Source: a bacterium (lineage in GTDB: Bacteria; Patescibacteriota; Minisyncoccia; UBA6257; 2-01-FULL-56-20). Taken from it: a stretch of 64,000 nt of DNA. Both the position numbers and the translations under genes were made by a program. This document shows, in pieces, positions 20,146-30,181 of this stretch. Under the pieces are notes generated by a model. It made no database searches. It was not told where the DNA came from and saw only the letters and a list, made by a program, of their open reading frames with translations. Where the stretch lies: the NCBI GenBank assembly GCA_027310625.1, contig DAIDAM010000003.1, positions 67,278 to 131,277 on the forward strand, given 5' to 3'. Numbering within the stretch: position 1 is the first letter of the stretch; every line of letters starts with the position of its first letter.

Positions 20146-20697
20146 CTAAACCGATTTCCTCCTGAAAATCCTCTTGAAGAATCCGGGCTGTTTGGTGACA
20201 ATGTGTTCCTGTTTTTCCGTTTCCAGCTGCTGCTTTTTCTCTTTCTTCGGCCTTTCCTGAAGTTCTTTTTTAACTTTCTTTTTTACTTCAATTTTGAAGC
20301 GTCCGGATTTCAGTCCCGGTTTCTCCGCGAGAACGAGCGTGACGTGGCTCATTTTTTTCTGTATCGGGGTAGCCATTCCTCTCGCACGGGGCAATATTCT
20401 CTTAAGCATCGGTCCTTTGTCAACGCGGATGTTCTCAATGTAAAGATTTTCGGCGTTCATTTTTTTGTTGCGCACCGCGCCGGCAACCGCCGAACGGAGA
20501 AGTTTCAGAATCGGTTTTGCGGCTCTACGTCCCTGAACAACGAGTTGCGCCTCGGCTTCGTTCACCGAAAGCCCTTTTATTATTCCTGCAATCGCTCTCG
20601 TCTTTCTCGGGGCAATGCGAAGATAGTTAAGCCGCGCGATTTCCTTTTTGGAAGAAACGGGCGCGTTCATTCTTTTGTCGGTTGCTGTTTCCTGCAT
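20146..20697 (-). CDS. rplV: 50S ribosomal protein L22 with C-terminal extension
   Basis: RIAPRK, PRARG.A..I.K.MSH. Confidence 0.97.
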   Translation of the reverse strand: MQETATDKRMNAPVSSKKEIARLNYLRIAPRKTRAIAGIIKGLSVNEAEAQLVVQGRRAAKPILKLLRSAVAGAVRNKKMNAENLYIENIRVDKGPMLKRILPRARGMATPIQKKMSHVTLVLAEKPGLKSGRFKIEVKKKVKKELQERPKKEKKQQLETEKQEHIVTKQPGFFKRIFRRKSV

Positions 20698-20705
20698 GTT
20701 TTCTA

Positions 20706-21038
20706 TTATGCTGTTTTCTTTGTCTCCGCAGGCGCTGCCGGTTGAACAGCGGTTTCGGCTTTTTGCTCAAGCTCCCTTTGTATTCTCCCTCCGTGCTTCA
20801 CGAATTTCCTCGTGGGGGCGAACTCGCCGAGGCGGTATCCAACCATGTCTTCGCTGACTTTCACTTCCACAAAATTCTTTCCGTTGTGCACCGCAAACGT
20901 ATATCCGACCATTTCCGGAGAAATCTCCGAAGAGCGCGACCACGTTTTAATCGGCGTTCCCTCGCCGGGTTTCCCGCGCGATATCTTCTTCAATATGTCA
21001 GGCGCCACATAGGGCGGTTTTTTTGATGATCTGGACAT
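20706..21038 (-). CDS. rpsS: 30S ribosomal protein S19
   Basis: [19 protein letters not shown]. Confidence 0.98.
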   Translation of the reverse strand: MSRSSKKPPYVAPDILKKISRGKPGEGTPIKTWSRSSEISPEMVGYTFAVHNGKNFVEVKVSEDMVGYRLGEFAPTRKFVKHGGRIQRELEQKAETAVQPAAPAETKKTA

Positions 21039-21142
21039 CTCTTTTGCTTTTATCGGCATAAATCAGCTATCATCCGCATCTATCAGCGTAGTTAAGGTTG
21101 AACGCTGATTTATGCTGATTCTGCCGATAGACGCTGATGTAT

Positions 21143-21967
21143 TTATTTTTTACGCCGCTGGATAATCATCTTATTCGACCACTTCTTTTTGTTCCTCGTT
21201 TTTCTGCCGCCGGTTATCTTCCCCCAAAGGGTTTTGGGACGGCGCGTGCCGCGCGGCTGTCTTCCCTCGCCTCCTCCGTAGGGGTGGTCAACGGGATTCA
21301 TCGCCGTGCCGCGGACCGTCGGTCTTATTCCGAGCCATCGCGAACGACCGGCTTTTCCGATAGTGGTCAGGTTGTGCTCCGGATTGGAAACCTGTCCGAG
21401 TGAAGCGTAACCTTCCCACTGCGCGCGCCTGATTTCTCCCGAAGAAAGTTTGAGGTCAGTGTAGCCGTTGGCGTTTGCCAAAATCTCGGCGTAGGAGCCG
21501 GCAGAACGCGCCAACTGCCCGCCGCGTCCGGGGTTGAGTTCAATGTTGTGCACCTGATATCCGACGGGAATATTTTTGAGTTTCATCCTGTTTCCCGCAT
21601 TGAGCGGAGCGGACTCGGCGGAAATTATTTCAGAACCAACTTTCAAACCGTCGGGCGCAAGAATGTAGCGGCGCTCGCCGTCGCCGTATTTCAAGAGGGC
21701 TATGAAGGCGGTTCTGTAAGGATCGTATTCTATGGTTTCAACTTTCGCGGGTTGATTGAATTTGTTCTGCAGAAAATCAACCATGCGGTAAAGTTTCTTG
21801 TGGCCGCCGGATTGATGCCGCACGGTTATTCTGCCGCTGTTCCCTCTGCCGGCATGCGCTTTAAGTTTTTTTGTCAGCGGCTTGTGCGGTTCAACTTTTG
21901 AAAGCGGCGAATAATCAGGGCGAACGGCGTGCCGTTTTGACGGAGTTGTGGGTGTGTATGTTTTCAT
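21143..21967 (-). CDS. rplB: 50S ribosomal protein L2
   Basis: EYDPYR, VRGTAMNPVDHPYGGGEG. Confidence 0.99.
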   Translation of the reverse strand: MKTYTPTTPSKRHAVRPDYSPLSKVEPHKPLTKKLKAHAGRGNSGRITVRHQSGGHKKLYRMVDFLQNKFNQPAKVETIEYDPYRTAFIALLKYGDGERRYILAPDGLKVGSEIISAESAPLNAGNRMKLKNIPVGYQVHNIELNPGRGGQLARSAGSYAEILANANGYTDLKLSSGEIRRAQWEGYASLGQVSNPEHNLTTIGKAGRSRWLGIRPTVRGTAMNPVDHPYGGGEGRQPRGTRRPKTLWGKITGGRKTRNKKKWSNKMIIQRRKK

Positions 21968-22115
21968 GCTAGTTTTTCTTAATGAGCGTATGCGAATTTA
22001 GAAACAACTTGCACCGAGCACATAAAATTACCGACTGAATGATGAAGTGGTTTTGCTGCTCGATTGCAATTTTCTGTTTTTGCTGATTTCATGATTGTTA
22101 TTTTATGTGCTCGGT
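21965..22115. repeat. ~150-bp element upstream of rplB (copy of 19961-20110)
   Basis: Direct alignment by eye. Confidence 0.9.
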
Positions 22116-22141
22116 AGATATTGCACATCTAAATTTTACGT

Positions 22142-22414
22142 TTAGGTAATATCTATCTTTTGCCCTTTTTTCAGCGTTACAACCGTTTTCTTGTAACCTT
22201 CTTTCGCGCCCGTCTTTCCGCGAAAAATTTTAGTCCTCGGCTTGTTTGTAATCGTTGCAACTTTCAAAACATCAACTCCATAAAGTTTCTTTATGTGTTT
22301 TTTTATTTCGTTTTTGGTCGCGTCCGGCTGGACAATAAAAACATATTTTCCCTCCTTGCTCAAGTCGGTTGCCTTCTCGGTGACATGCGGTTTTTTGATA
22401 ATAAATTTATTCAT
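22142..22414 (-). CDS. rplW: 50S ribosomal protein L23
   Basis: PHVTEKA, ATKNEIK, YKK. Confidence 0.96.
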   Translation of the reverse strand: MNKFIIKKPHVTEKATDLSKEGKYVFIVQPDATKNEIKKHIKKLYGVDVLKVATITNKPRTKIFRGKTGAKEGYKKTVVTLKKGQKIDIT

Positions 22415-22480
22415 CTCGAATACTTGTTCCCGAACGGCTTTCGCGAATATTCGCGAATCAATTCGAGATTAATTTGTGAT

Positions 22481-23128
22481 TTACTTTATTCTGTAATGTT
22501 TTTCTATTGTCGGTATAGCCTTTTGGTCAATGAAAACGTTTTTATGTCTCATTATTTCGTAAACATTGAGAGATTCAGGATTCAGAACTTCAGTTTTCTG
22601 AAGATTGGAAGAAGCTCTCGAAATTTTTTTGTTTCCCGAGTTTGGGACAAAAAGAACATCGTATTTTTTGGAATTCTTTTTCATCTCCGTAAGATTTCTC
22701 AAAAGTCCTGCAAGCACTTTTGTTTTCGGCGCTTCTATTTCAAGCGTGTCAAAAAATCTCATTTCTCCGTCCTTAAGTTTCTTTGAAAGAACGCTGAAGA
22801 GAGCTGTCCTTTTCATTTTTTTGTTTATTTTCTGCGAATAATTTCTCTCTTTTGTCGGCCCATGCGCCTTCCCGCCTCCTTTCCAAAGCGGAGAACGGAT
22901 GGAACCGTGCCGCGCGCGCCCGGTTCCTTTTTGTCTCCACGGCTTTCTCCCTCCGCCCCGAACTTCGCCGCGGCTCTTCGCGTGCGCCCAAGGTATCCTT
23001 TTGTTCGCAAGATAAGCATTGACCACCTGCGAAACGAGCGCTTCTCTCCAAGGCGCGCCGAAAACCGCGTCAGGCAAATCGATTTCTCCAACCTTCTCGT
23101 TTTTTAAATTAAATAATTCTTTTTTCAT
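22481..23128 (-). CDS. rplD: 50S ribosomal protein L4
   Basis: RGGGRKPWRQKGTGRARHGSIRSP. Confidence 0.99.
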   Translation of the reverse strand: MKKELFNLKNEKVGEIDLPDAVFGAPWREALVSQVVNAYLANKRIPWAHAKSRGEVRGGGRKPWRQKGTGRARHGSIRSPLWKGGGKAHGPTKERNYSQKINKKMKRTALFSVLSKKLKDGEMRFFDTLEIEAPKTKVLAGLLRNLTEMKKNSKKYDVLFVPNSGNKKISRASSNLQKTEVLNPESLNVYEIMRHKNVFIDQKAIPTIEKHYRIK

Positions 23129-23136
23129 CTAACTTT

Positions 23137-23259
23137 AAATTCTAAATACGAAATTCGAAATTCTAAACAATATCTAAATTCTAAATTTCAAACGGGTTTG
23201 TAATTTGTGATTTGTTGTTTAGGATTTGTTTCAAATTTAGTGCTTCGTGCTTCGGATTT
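23137..23259. repeat. heptamer hairpin element, AAATTCT family
   Basis: Left arm is 4x7-mer + aaac + 3x7-mer + aaac, facing a complementary right arm. Confidence 0.85.
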
Positions 23260-23821
23260 ATATTTTAGATATCTGTAAAAGTCCTCCGCGCGCGCCGGGA
23301 ACCGCGCCTTTAATCATCAAGATGTTTTTATCCGCGTCCACGCCGGCGATTTTCAGATTTTTTACAGTCACTCTCTCGCCACCCATGCGTCCCGCCATTT
23401 TTCTTCCCGGAAAAACTTTCTGCGGCGCCGTGGGACCGATTGAGCCCGGTGCGCGCCAGCGATTTTTCTGCCCGTGCGTTTTCGGTCCGCCGGCGAACCC
23501 GTGTCTCTTGACTACTCCCTGAAACCCTCGCCCCTTGGAAACACCGATTACCTTCACCATGTCGCCTTCTTTGAAAACCGAAATGTCAATGACATCGCCG
23601 ACTTTGAGGTTTTCCTTGTCACTGGTCACTGGTCGCTGGTCGCTCAATCGGAACTCGCGCCGTTTCTTCCCGTCAGTGATTTGAACTGCTTCATATCCGT
23701 CTTTTTCCTTTGTTCGTAGCAAAGCGACTTTATTTTTGGAAACTTCAACGAGCGTCACAGGAGTGACCTTGCCGTCTTTCCAAACCTGGCTCATGTTCAG
23801 TTTTCTGCCTAAAATAAACAT
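23258..23821 (-). CDS. rplC: 50S ribosomal protein L3
   Basis: SKGRGFQGVVKRHGF, RAPGSIG, KGAVPG. Confidence 0.98.
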   Translation of the reverse strand: MFILGRKLNMSQVWKDGKVTPVTLVEVSKNKVALLRTKEKDGYEAVQITDGKKRREFRLSDQRPVTSDKENLKVGDVIDISVFKEGDMVKVIGVSKGRGFQGVVKRHGFAGGPKTHGQKNRWRAPGSIGPTAPQKVFPGRKMAGRMGGERVTVKNLKIAGVDADKNILMIKGAVPGARGGLLQISKI

Positions 23822-23828
23822 CTTTTTT

Positions 23829-23899
23829 ATCGCTCGAATAAGCGAATATTACGAATTTACGAATTCGTATGTTCGTAAAAATTCGTAAATTCGCGCGAT
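23829..23899. mobile_element. empty TACGAAT-family element, inverted orientation
   Basis: 71 bp; reverse complement matches 29479-29549 with 2 differences. Confidence 0.85.
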
Positions 23900-24163
23900 A
23901 CCTAACAAAAACGCCGCCAAGGCATAGCCCCGCGGCCATATCCTTGTGGAATCCGCCCTGGGCGGACCATTAAAGAGACGGACAAAGTGTATATTAAACA
24001 AAGCAAGGTTGTCAACCAGGCAGTAGAAATGCGATTTGGATTAAAAAACTCAATCGCCGCAGGCGATTTTGGTCGCATTTTCGTTACCTGATCAATCGCA
24101 ACAAAAAAACCCGCGGTCAGGTTGACCCGGGTGGGCAGTAGGTCTGCCCGGTCCTTGCTGGAT

Positions 24164-24472
24164 TCAGCTGGCACGTTGCTGGCGAAGTTTCTCCGATGCT
24201 TCCATCAGCCCTTTCTTTATCTTTCGGCGCTCGGCGGCGACGCGGGCTTTCTCGCTAGCGATGTGGGCGAGAAGTCCGTCTATGGGCATACGCCACGCCC
24301 AAAGGTTATATTTTTCACGGAAAGCCGCTTCGATGGCGTCATGGTTCGCGACAATCTCCGACGCGTTTACAAGTCTCACCAAAACGTACAAAGCTAAATC
24401 TTCTCCGGGAGCATTCCCGATCGTCCTGACGACATCCACGATCGCCTCGTGGAAAGGCTTCGGTCCTGTCAT
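24164..24472 (-). CDS. hypothetical protein inserted between rpsJ and rplC
   Basis: AGGAG RBS before ATG; downstream hairpin terminator near 24104-24130. Confidence 0.65.
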   Translation of the reverse strand: MTGPKPFHEAIVDVVRTIGNAPGEDLALYVLVRLVNASEIVANHDAIEAAFREKYNLWAWRMPIDGLLAHIASEKARVAAERRKIKKGLMEASEKLRQQRAS

Positions 24473-24543
24473 GTTCTTTCTCCTATTCGGTTAGTAATTA
24501 GCACATAGAAATCCAAACACAAAATTGGACTACGTGCAATAGC

Positions 24544-24575
24544 AACCAAAAACCGCCTCGAGGCGGTTTTTGGTT
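24544..24575. terminator. intrinsic terminator after rpsJ
   Basis: aaccaaaaaccgcctc-gaggcggtttttggtt perfect palindrome with T-tracts. Confidence 0.8.
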
Positions 24576-24905
24576 TCAAGCCATCTTAATTTCAACATCC
24601 ACCCCTGCCGGCAAATTCAGATTGGAAAGCGATTCGATTATTTTTTGACTGGGGTTGGTGATGTCTATCAGGCGTTTGTGGATGCGGAGTTCAAACTGTT
24701 CGCGGGAATCCTTGTCAACGAAAGTGGAGCGGTTGACGGTGTATCTTTTTATTTCCGTCGGCAAAGGAATCGGGCCGATGATTTTCGCGTCGTTTCTTTC
24801 CGCCGCCTCGATTATCTGCTTTGCGGAATTGTCTATAAGCTTGTGGTCGTACGCCTTCAAGCGCAGGCGCAGTTTTTGCGGCAGTTCGGTTTCCTTCTTG
24901 GCCAT
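24576..24905 (-). CDS. rpsJ: 30S ribosomal protein S10
   Basis: LKAYDH, GPIPLPT, SREQFE...HKRL. Confidence 0.99.
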   Translation of the reverse strand: MAKKETELPQKLRLRLKAYDHKLIDNSAKQIIEAAERNDAKIIGPIPLPTEIKRYTVNRSTFVDKDSREQFELRIHKRLIDITNPSQKIIESLSNLNLPAGVDVEIKMA

Positions 24906-25026
24906 ACCTTTTATTGATTCACACTAGATTTCTCACAATAAGTATCTACTAGTTTCTATTAGTATCAATTAGTTTCAGTGTGATACTTGTAGAAATTTGC
25001 TTCGCGATACTGATTGAAACTAATTG

Positions 25027-26226
25027 TTACTTGATTATCTTGGTAACCACTCCGGCTCCCACCGTTTTGCCTCCTTCACGGATGGCGAACCTCTGCTTTT
25101 CTTCAAGAGCGACGGGTGAAATAAGTTTCACGCTGACGTTGACGGTGTCTCCCGGCATAACCATCTCCGTTCCCTGCGGCAAAGCGACGTCACCCGTAAC
25201 ATCCGTCGTTCTGATATAAAATTGCGGTTTGTAACCGGTGAAGAACGGCGTATGTCTTCCGCCTTCCTCCTTGGAAAGCACGTAGACCTCCGCTTCAAAG
25301 TCCGTGTGAGGAGTAACGCTCCCCGGTTTTGCGACAACCTGTCCCCTTTCAACGTCCTCTTTCTTAAGACCGCGGAGGAGAACTCCGATGTTGTCGCCAG
25401 CAAGACCCTCGTCAAGAATTTTATTGAACATTTCAATTCCGGTGACGACGGTTTTCTGCGTCGGCTTCAAGCCGATTATCTCAACTTCTTCGTTGACTTT
25501 CACTTTCCCGCGCTCCGCCCTGCCGGTAACAACCGTGCCGCGCCCTTCTATGGAGAAAACATCTTCAACGGGCATAAGAAAAGGTTTATCAAGCTCTCTC
25601 ACCGGCTCCGGAATGTAATCGTCGAGCGCTTTGACGAGGTCGAGAACCGGCTTGGCGTCCGGGTCGTCGGCTGATTTCACGTTGAGCGCTTTCAAAGCCG
25701 AGCCGCGGATGACCGGGGTGTTGTCGCCGTCAAAATTGTATTTCTTCAAAAGTTCGCGCACTTCCGACTCCACAAGGTCAATAAGTTCCTTGTCGTCCAC
25801 CATATCGCATTTGTTGAGAAACACGACGATTCTCGGAACGCCGACTTGGTATGCAAGAAGAATGTGCTCCCGCGTCTGGGGCATCGGGCCGTCGGTGGCG
25901 GCGACGACAAGAATCGCGCCGTCCATCTGCGCCGCGCCGGTAATCATGTTCTTGATGTAGTCCGCGTGACCGGGCGCGTCAATGTGCGCGTAGTGCCTTT
26001 TGTCCGATTCGTATTCCGAGTGGTGAAGAGCAATGGTTATGCCGCGCGCTTTTTCCTCCGGCGCGTTGTCAATCTGATCAACGCCTTCCTCCTTTTTCGC
26101 AAGCCCCTTCATGAAAAGGACGTGCGTCATCGCCGCGGTCAAAGTCGTCTTGCCGTGGTCAACGTGACCGATTGTTCCGACGTTTACGTGCGGCTTGCCT
26201 CTTACGAATTTTTCTTTTTCAGCCAT
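25027..26226 (-). CDS. tuf: elongation factor Tu
   Basis: [18 protein letters not shown]. Confidence 0.99.
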   Translation of the reverse strand: MAEKEKFVRGKPHVNVGTIGHVDHGKTTLTAAMTHVLFMKGLAKKEEGVDQIDNAPEEKARGITIALHHSEYESDKRHYAHIDAPGHADYIKNMITGAAQMDGAILVVAATDGPMPQTREHILLAYQVGVPRIVVFLNKCDMVDDKELIDLVESEVRELLKKYNFDGDNTPVIRGSALKALNVKSADDPDAKPVLDLVKALDDYIPEPVRELDKPFLMPVEDVFSIEGRGTVVTGRAERGKVKVNEEVEIIGLKPTQKTVVTGIEMFNKILDEGLAGDNIGVLLRGLKKEDVERGQVVAKPGSVTPHTDFEAEVYVLSKEEGGRHTPFFTGYKPQFYIRTTDVTGDVALPQGTEMVMPGDTVNVSVKLISPVALEEKQRFAIREGGKTVGAGVVTKIIK

Positions 26227-26237
26227 TTTTTACTTAC

Positions 26238-26323
26238 TAGACATTAGTCATCAGACATCAGTTAACAGAAGTTTTTGCAATTTTCCGTATTCCTGATTTC
26301 TGATTACTGATTACTGATTTCTG
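26238..26323. repeat. heptamer hairpin element, AGACATC/CTGATTA family
   Basis: Related copies at ~29978-30052, 61785-61872 and in valS near 53711. Confidence 0.75.
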
Positions 26324-26401
26324 TTTATTTTTACGACCTGTTTTTAAACGGTTCGATAATTCTACTCCTGAACCATACTTTGTCAAGGAGATCTGTGGAT
26401 A

Positions 26402-28528
26402 TCACTTCTTTTTGCCCTCGATAATCAGCTGCGCCACGTTTTGCGGCGCTTGCTCATATCTATCAAACTCCATATTGAATGAACCCCTGCCCTGCGTCAG
26501 CGAGCGGAGCGAAGTCGCATAGCCGAACATTTCCGAAAGCGGAACTTTGGCGTCTATAATTTTCACGTTTGTCCTGTCGCCTATCGTTTCTATCTTTCCT
26601 CTCCTTGAGTTTATATCTCCCGTGACTTCGCCGAGGAAGTTTTGCGGAATTATCACTTGCACTTTCATTATCGGTTCGAGAATCACCGGTTTCGCGCGCT
26701 TCGCCGCCTCCTGAAAAGCGATTGAGCCGGCGATTTTGAAAGCCGCTTCCGAAGAGTCAACTTCGTGAAAAGAACCGTCGTAGAGGGCGACTTCCGCGTC
26801 AACCATCGGATAATGCGCAAGCACTCCTTTATCAAGCGCCTCTCTCACGCCTTTCTCAACGGCGGGAATGAACTCGTTCGGGATTATCCCTCCCCTTATT
26901 TCGTTCTCAAAAACGAATCCCTTTCCTCTTTCAAGCGGCTTCACGCGCAGCCATACGTGACCGTATTGCCCGCGTCCGCCCGATTGTCTGATGTATTTTC
27001 CTTCCGCCTCCGCTTCGCCGGTTATCGTTTCCTTGTAAGCGACCTGCGGACGCCCGACGTTCGCTTCCACGCTGAATTCTCTTTTCATTCTGTCAACGAT
27101 TATTTCAAGGTGAAGCTCGCCCATTCCGGAAATAATCGTTTCGCCGGTTTCGGGGTCGCCGGCAACGCGGAAAGTCGGGTCTTCGTCGGCGAGCCGGCGA
27201 AGCGCGATGCCCATTTTTTCCTGGTCGGCTTTCGTCTTCGGCTCAATTCTTATGCCGATGACCGGCTCGGGGAAAACAATCTTTTCAAGAACAACCGGGG
27301 AGTCGGGACTGCAAAGCGTGTCGCCGGTGCCGGTGTTTTTGAGACCGACTATCGCGGCTATCTCGCCCGCGTAAACCTCTTCCACTTCTTCCCGCTGGTT
27401 GGCGTGCATCCGCACAATTCTTCCGACGCGCTCCTGCTCGCCTTTCGTCGCGTTCAGAACGTAAGAACCGCGTTTCAGAACGCCCGCGTAATTTCTGAAA
27501 TAAGTCAAACTGCCCACGTAAGGGTCGTTGGCGATTTTGAAAGCAAGCGCCGTAAACGGTTCGGCGTCGTCGGGTTTTCTTGAAATTTCCTCTCCTGTTT
27601 TCGGATTACTTCCCTTAACCGGAGGCAAATCGAGCGGCGAAGGAAGATAATCAACGACCGCGTCCAGAACCAGCTGCACTCCTTTGTTTTTGAGCGCCGA
27701 GCCCGTGAACACCGGAACAATTTTGTTCGCTATCACGGCCTTTCGAAGCGCGCGCCGCAATTCATCGAGCGTGATTTCTTTTTCGGCGAGATATTTTTCC
27801 ATTACGGCATTGTCGGAGTCCGCAATCGCTTCGATAAGTTCGTGACGATACTTTTTAACATCCGCTTTCATCTCTTCGGGAACGGGGATTTCAACGATGC
27901 GTTCCCCTTTATCGCCGTGGAATTCAAAAGCTTTTTCCTGCAGTAAATCAACGACGCCGCGGAAAGTCGATTCAATTCCGAGCGGCAACTGCACGCGATA
28001 AGCGTGCGGCGTAAGGCGTTCCCTTATTGAGGCAAAGCTGCGTTCAAAGCTCGCGCCCATGCGGTCAAGCTTGTTGATGAAGCAAATTCGCGGAACATTG
28101 TATTCGTCGGCGTAGCGCCAGTTTGTCTCGGACTGCGGCTCGACGCCGGCGACGCCGTCAAAAACGACGACCGCGCCGTCAAGAACGCGGAGCGAGCGCT
28201 TGACCTCCACGGTGAAATCAATGTGTCCGGGAGTGTCAATGAGATTTATCCTGTGCTCGTATTCTTTCCTGGTGCCTGGTGCCTGGTTCCTGGTCACTGC
28301 ATAGGTCGGCGTCCAGAAGGCCGTCGTCGCCGCGGCCGTAATCGTTATGCCGCGCTCTCTTTCCTGCTCCATCCAGTCCATCACCGTGTCGCCCTCGTGA
28401 ACCTCGCCGATTTTATACGAAACGCCGGTGTAAAAAAGCACGCGCTCGGAAACGGTAGTTTTCCCAGCATCTATATGAGCAATAATTCCTATATTACGAG
28501 TTTTTTCGATCGGATAAGTTCGCGGCAT
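26402..28528 (-). CDS. fusA: elongation factor G
   Basis: [27 protein letters not shown]. Confidence 0.99.
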   Translation of the reverse strand: MPRTYPIEKTRNIGIIAHIDAGKTTVSERVLFYTGVSYKIGEVHEGDTVMDWMEQERERGITITAAATTAFWTPTYAVTRNQAPGTRKEYEHRINLIDTPGHIDFTVEVKRSLRVLDGAVVVFDGVAGVEPQSETNWRYADEYNVPRICFINKLDRMGASFERSFASIRERLTPHAYRVQLPLGIESTFRGVVDLLQEKAFEFHGDKGERIVEIPVPEEMKADVKKYRHELIEAIADSDNAVMEKYLAEKEITLDELRRALRKAVIANKIVPVFTGSALKNKGVQLVLDAVVDYLPSPLDLPPVKGSNPKTGEEISRKPDDAEPFTALAFKIANDPYVGSLTYFRNYAGVLKRGSYVLNATKGEQERVGRIVRMHANQREEVEEVYAGEIAAIVGLKNTGTGDTLCSPDSPVVLEKIVFPEPVIGIRIEPKTKADQEKMGIALRRLADEDPTFRVAGDPETGETIISGMGELHLEIIVDRMKREFSVEANVGRPQVAYKETITGEAEAEGKYIRQSGGRGQYGHVWLRVKPLERGKGFVFENEIRGGIIPNEFIPAVEKGVREALDKGVLAHYPMVDAEVALYDGSFHEVDSSEAAFKIAGSIAFQEAAKRAKPVILEPIMKVQVIIPQNFLGEVTGDINSRRGKIETIGDRTNVKIIDAKVPLSEMFGYATSLRSLTQGRGSFNMEFDRYEQAPQNVAQLIIEGKKK

Positions 28529-28534
28529 TGATTT

Positions 28535-29005
28535 ATCGCACGAATTTACGAATCTTTACGAACATACGAATTATTATTAACAATTCTCTTAAAAATAACA
28601 CCTTTAGACGTAAAATTTGCTAGGATGGCGAGTGGCAAATTGCTTGCTTTGAGATAGTTAAAAATCTGCTCCGCGTTATGACGAGAAAACGCCACACCCT
28701 TTTTAATCTCAATTATTACTTTTTCTTCAACTAAAAAATCGCATCTTTGTCTGCCAACTGCTTTACCATGAAACATAACGGGCAACAAAACTTCTCGCCT
28801 AAATTTTAATCCTGCATCCTCGAATGCTAATGCCACTGCGCGTTGATAATAATTTTCCGAGTAACCAGAGCCGAGTGCATTGCTGACATCGAATAGCGTT
28901 CCAACAATTTTGTAGCTCAGCTCGGGCTCAATAATGTCGCTCCTTCGCAACTTTCTCTCGCTCATAATGATTCGTAAGTTCGTAATATTCGCTTATTCGC
29001 GCGAT
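28535..29005. mobile_element. loaded TACGAAT-family element carrying a GxxExxY gene
   Basis: Left end atcgcacgaatttacgaatctttacgaacatacgaatt and right end attcgtaagttcgtaatattcgcttattcgcgcgat match four empty copies. Confidence 0.8.
28546..28965 (-). CDS. GxxExxY protein (PD-(D/E)XK-like)
   Basis: GYSENYY motif; DFLVE..VIIEIK; LANF. Confidence 0.92.
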   Translation of the reverse strand: MSERKLRRSDIIEPELSYKIVGTLFDVSNALGSGYSENYYQRAVALAFEDAGLKFRREVLLPVMFHGKAVGRQRCDFLVEEKVIIEIKKGVAFSRHNAEQIFNYLKASNLPLAILANFTSKGVIFKRIVNNNSYVRKDS

Positions 29006-29472
29006 CAGCGGGCAAAGTGCGCGAACGCCCTGTTGGCTTCCGCCTGCCGGTGCATATCCAGCTTCTTTTTCACCGCGTCTCCTTCATTTTTGGCGGCGGC
29101 AATTATTTCAGCGGCAAGTTTTTCATGCATCGGTTTTCCTTTTTTCGAGCGCGCGGCGTTGACAATCCAGCGCACACCGAGGATGAAACGGCGTTCGGGA
29201 CGCACCTCGCGCGGAATCTGGTAGTTCGCGCCTCCGACACGCTTTGAAAAAACTTCCAGCATCGGCGATGCGTTTGTAAGCGCCTGCTCAAAAACGCTGA
29301 CTGGCTCTTTTTTTGTTTCTTTTTTTATTTTCTCAAAAGCGCCGTAAACCGCCTTTCGCGCCGCGCTTCTCTTCCCTTCCCTCATCACATAATTTATCAG
29401 GCGCCCCACATCAACTCGCCCGTAAAGCGAATCCGGCTGATGATGTTTTTTGTAAACTCGTTTCTTTCTCAT
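29005..29472 (-). CDS. rpsG: 30S ribosomal protein S7
   Basis: RVGGANYQIP, AEANRAFAHF. Confidence 0.99.
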   Translation of the reverse strand: MRKKRVYKKHHQPDSLYGRVDVGRLINYVMREGKRSAARKAVYGAFEKIKKETKKEPVSVFEQALTNASPMLEVFSKRVGGANYQIPREVRPERRFILGVRWIVNAARSKKGKPMHEKLAAEIIAAAKNEGDAVKKKLDMHRQAEANRAFAHFAR

Positions 29473-29478
29473 TTAAGT

Positions 29479-29549
29479 ATCGCACGAATTTACGAATTTT
29501 TACGAACATACGAATTCGTAAGTTCGTAATATTCGCTTATTCGAGCGAT
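29479..29549. mobile_element. empty TACGAAT-family element (ends joined directly)
   Basis: Left and right ends of 28535-29005 fused at gaattc. Confidence 0.85.
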
Positions 29550-29550
29550 T

Positions 29551-29964
29551 TTATCCTTTCGGTCTTTTTGCCCCATATTTCGACCGCTGCTGCTTCCTGT
29601 TTTCCACTCCGGTCGTATCCAAAACGCCGCGGACGATGTGATATCTGATTCCCGGCAGGTCCTTCACGCGTCCGCCGCGAATCATCACAATCGAGTGTTC
29701 CTGAAGCGTGTGCCCCTCGCCCGGAATGTAAGCGGTGACTTCCATGCCGTTGGTCAGCCGCACGCGGGCTACTTTCCGAAGAGCGGAGTTCGGTTTCTTG
29801 GGCGTGGTCGTGAAGACCTTCAAACAAACGCCGCGCTTGAACGGCGAACCGGAATAAACCGGACGATTTTCAAGCGTGTTGAAATAGTACGACAAAGCCG
29901 GCGATTTTGTTTTCGCTTTTATTTTCTTCCTTCCTTTTTTTATGAGTTGTCTGATTGTGGGCAT
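29551..29964 (-). CDS. rpsL: 30S ribosomal protein S12
   Basis: [20 protein letters not shown]. Confidence 0.99.
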   Translation of the reverse strand: MPTIRQLIKKGRKKIKAKTKSPALSYYFNTLENRPVYSGSPFKRGVCLKVFTTTPKKPNSALRKVARVRLTNGMEVTAYIPGEGHTLQEHSIVMIRGGRVKDLPGIRYHIVRGVLDTTGVENRKQQRSKYGAKRPKG

Positions 29965-30181
29965 GATAATAAGTAAATTAGACATCAGTCATTAGTAATC
30001 AGGGTTTATTAAACCCACAAACTAACTTCTGATGTTTGATAACTGATGACTAAATTTCAGTCGCTCAAAATTCTAAATCAAAATCCAACCTTGTGTCAAT
30101 GTTTGCTTCGCAAACCGTGGACTAACACTGGTGCGGAGCAACACTAACGCGGACTAACACCGATTTGTGATTTGTCGGGCC

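Noticed and set aside
26765-27583. Long antisense ORFs over fusA, tuf, rplD, recG, valS and others
   Set aside because: Shadow ORFs opposite well-conserved genes, with no recognisable motifs.
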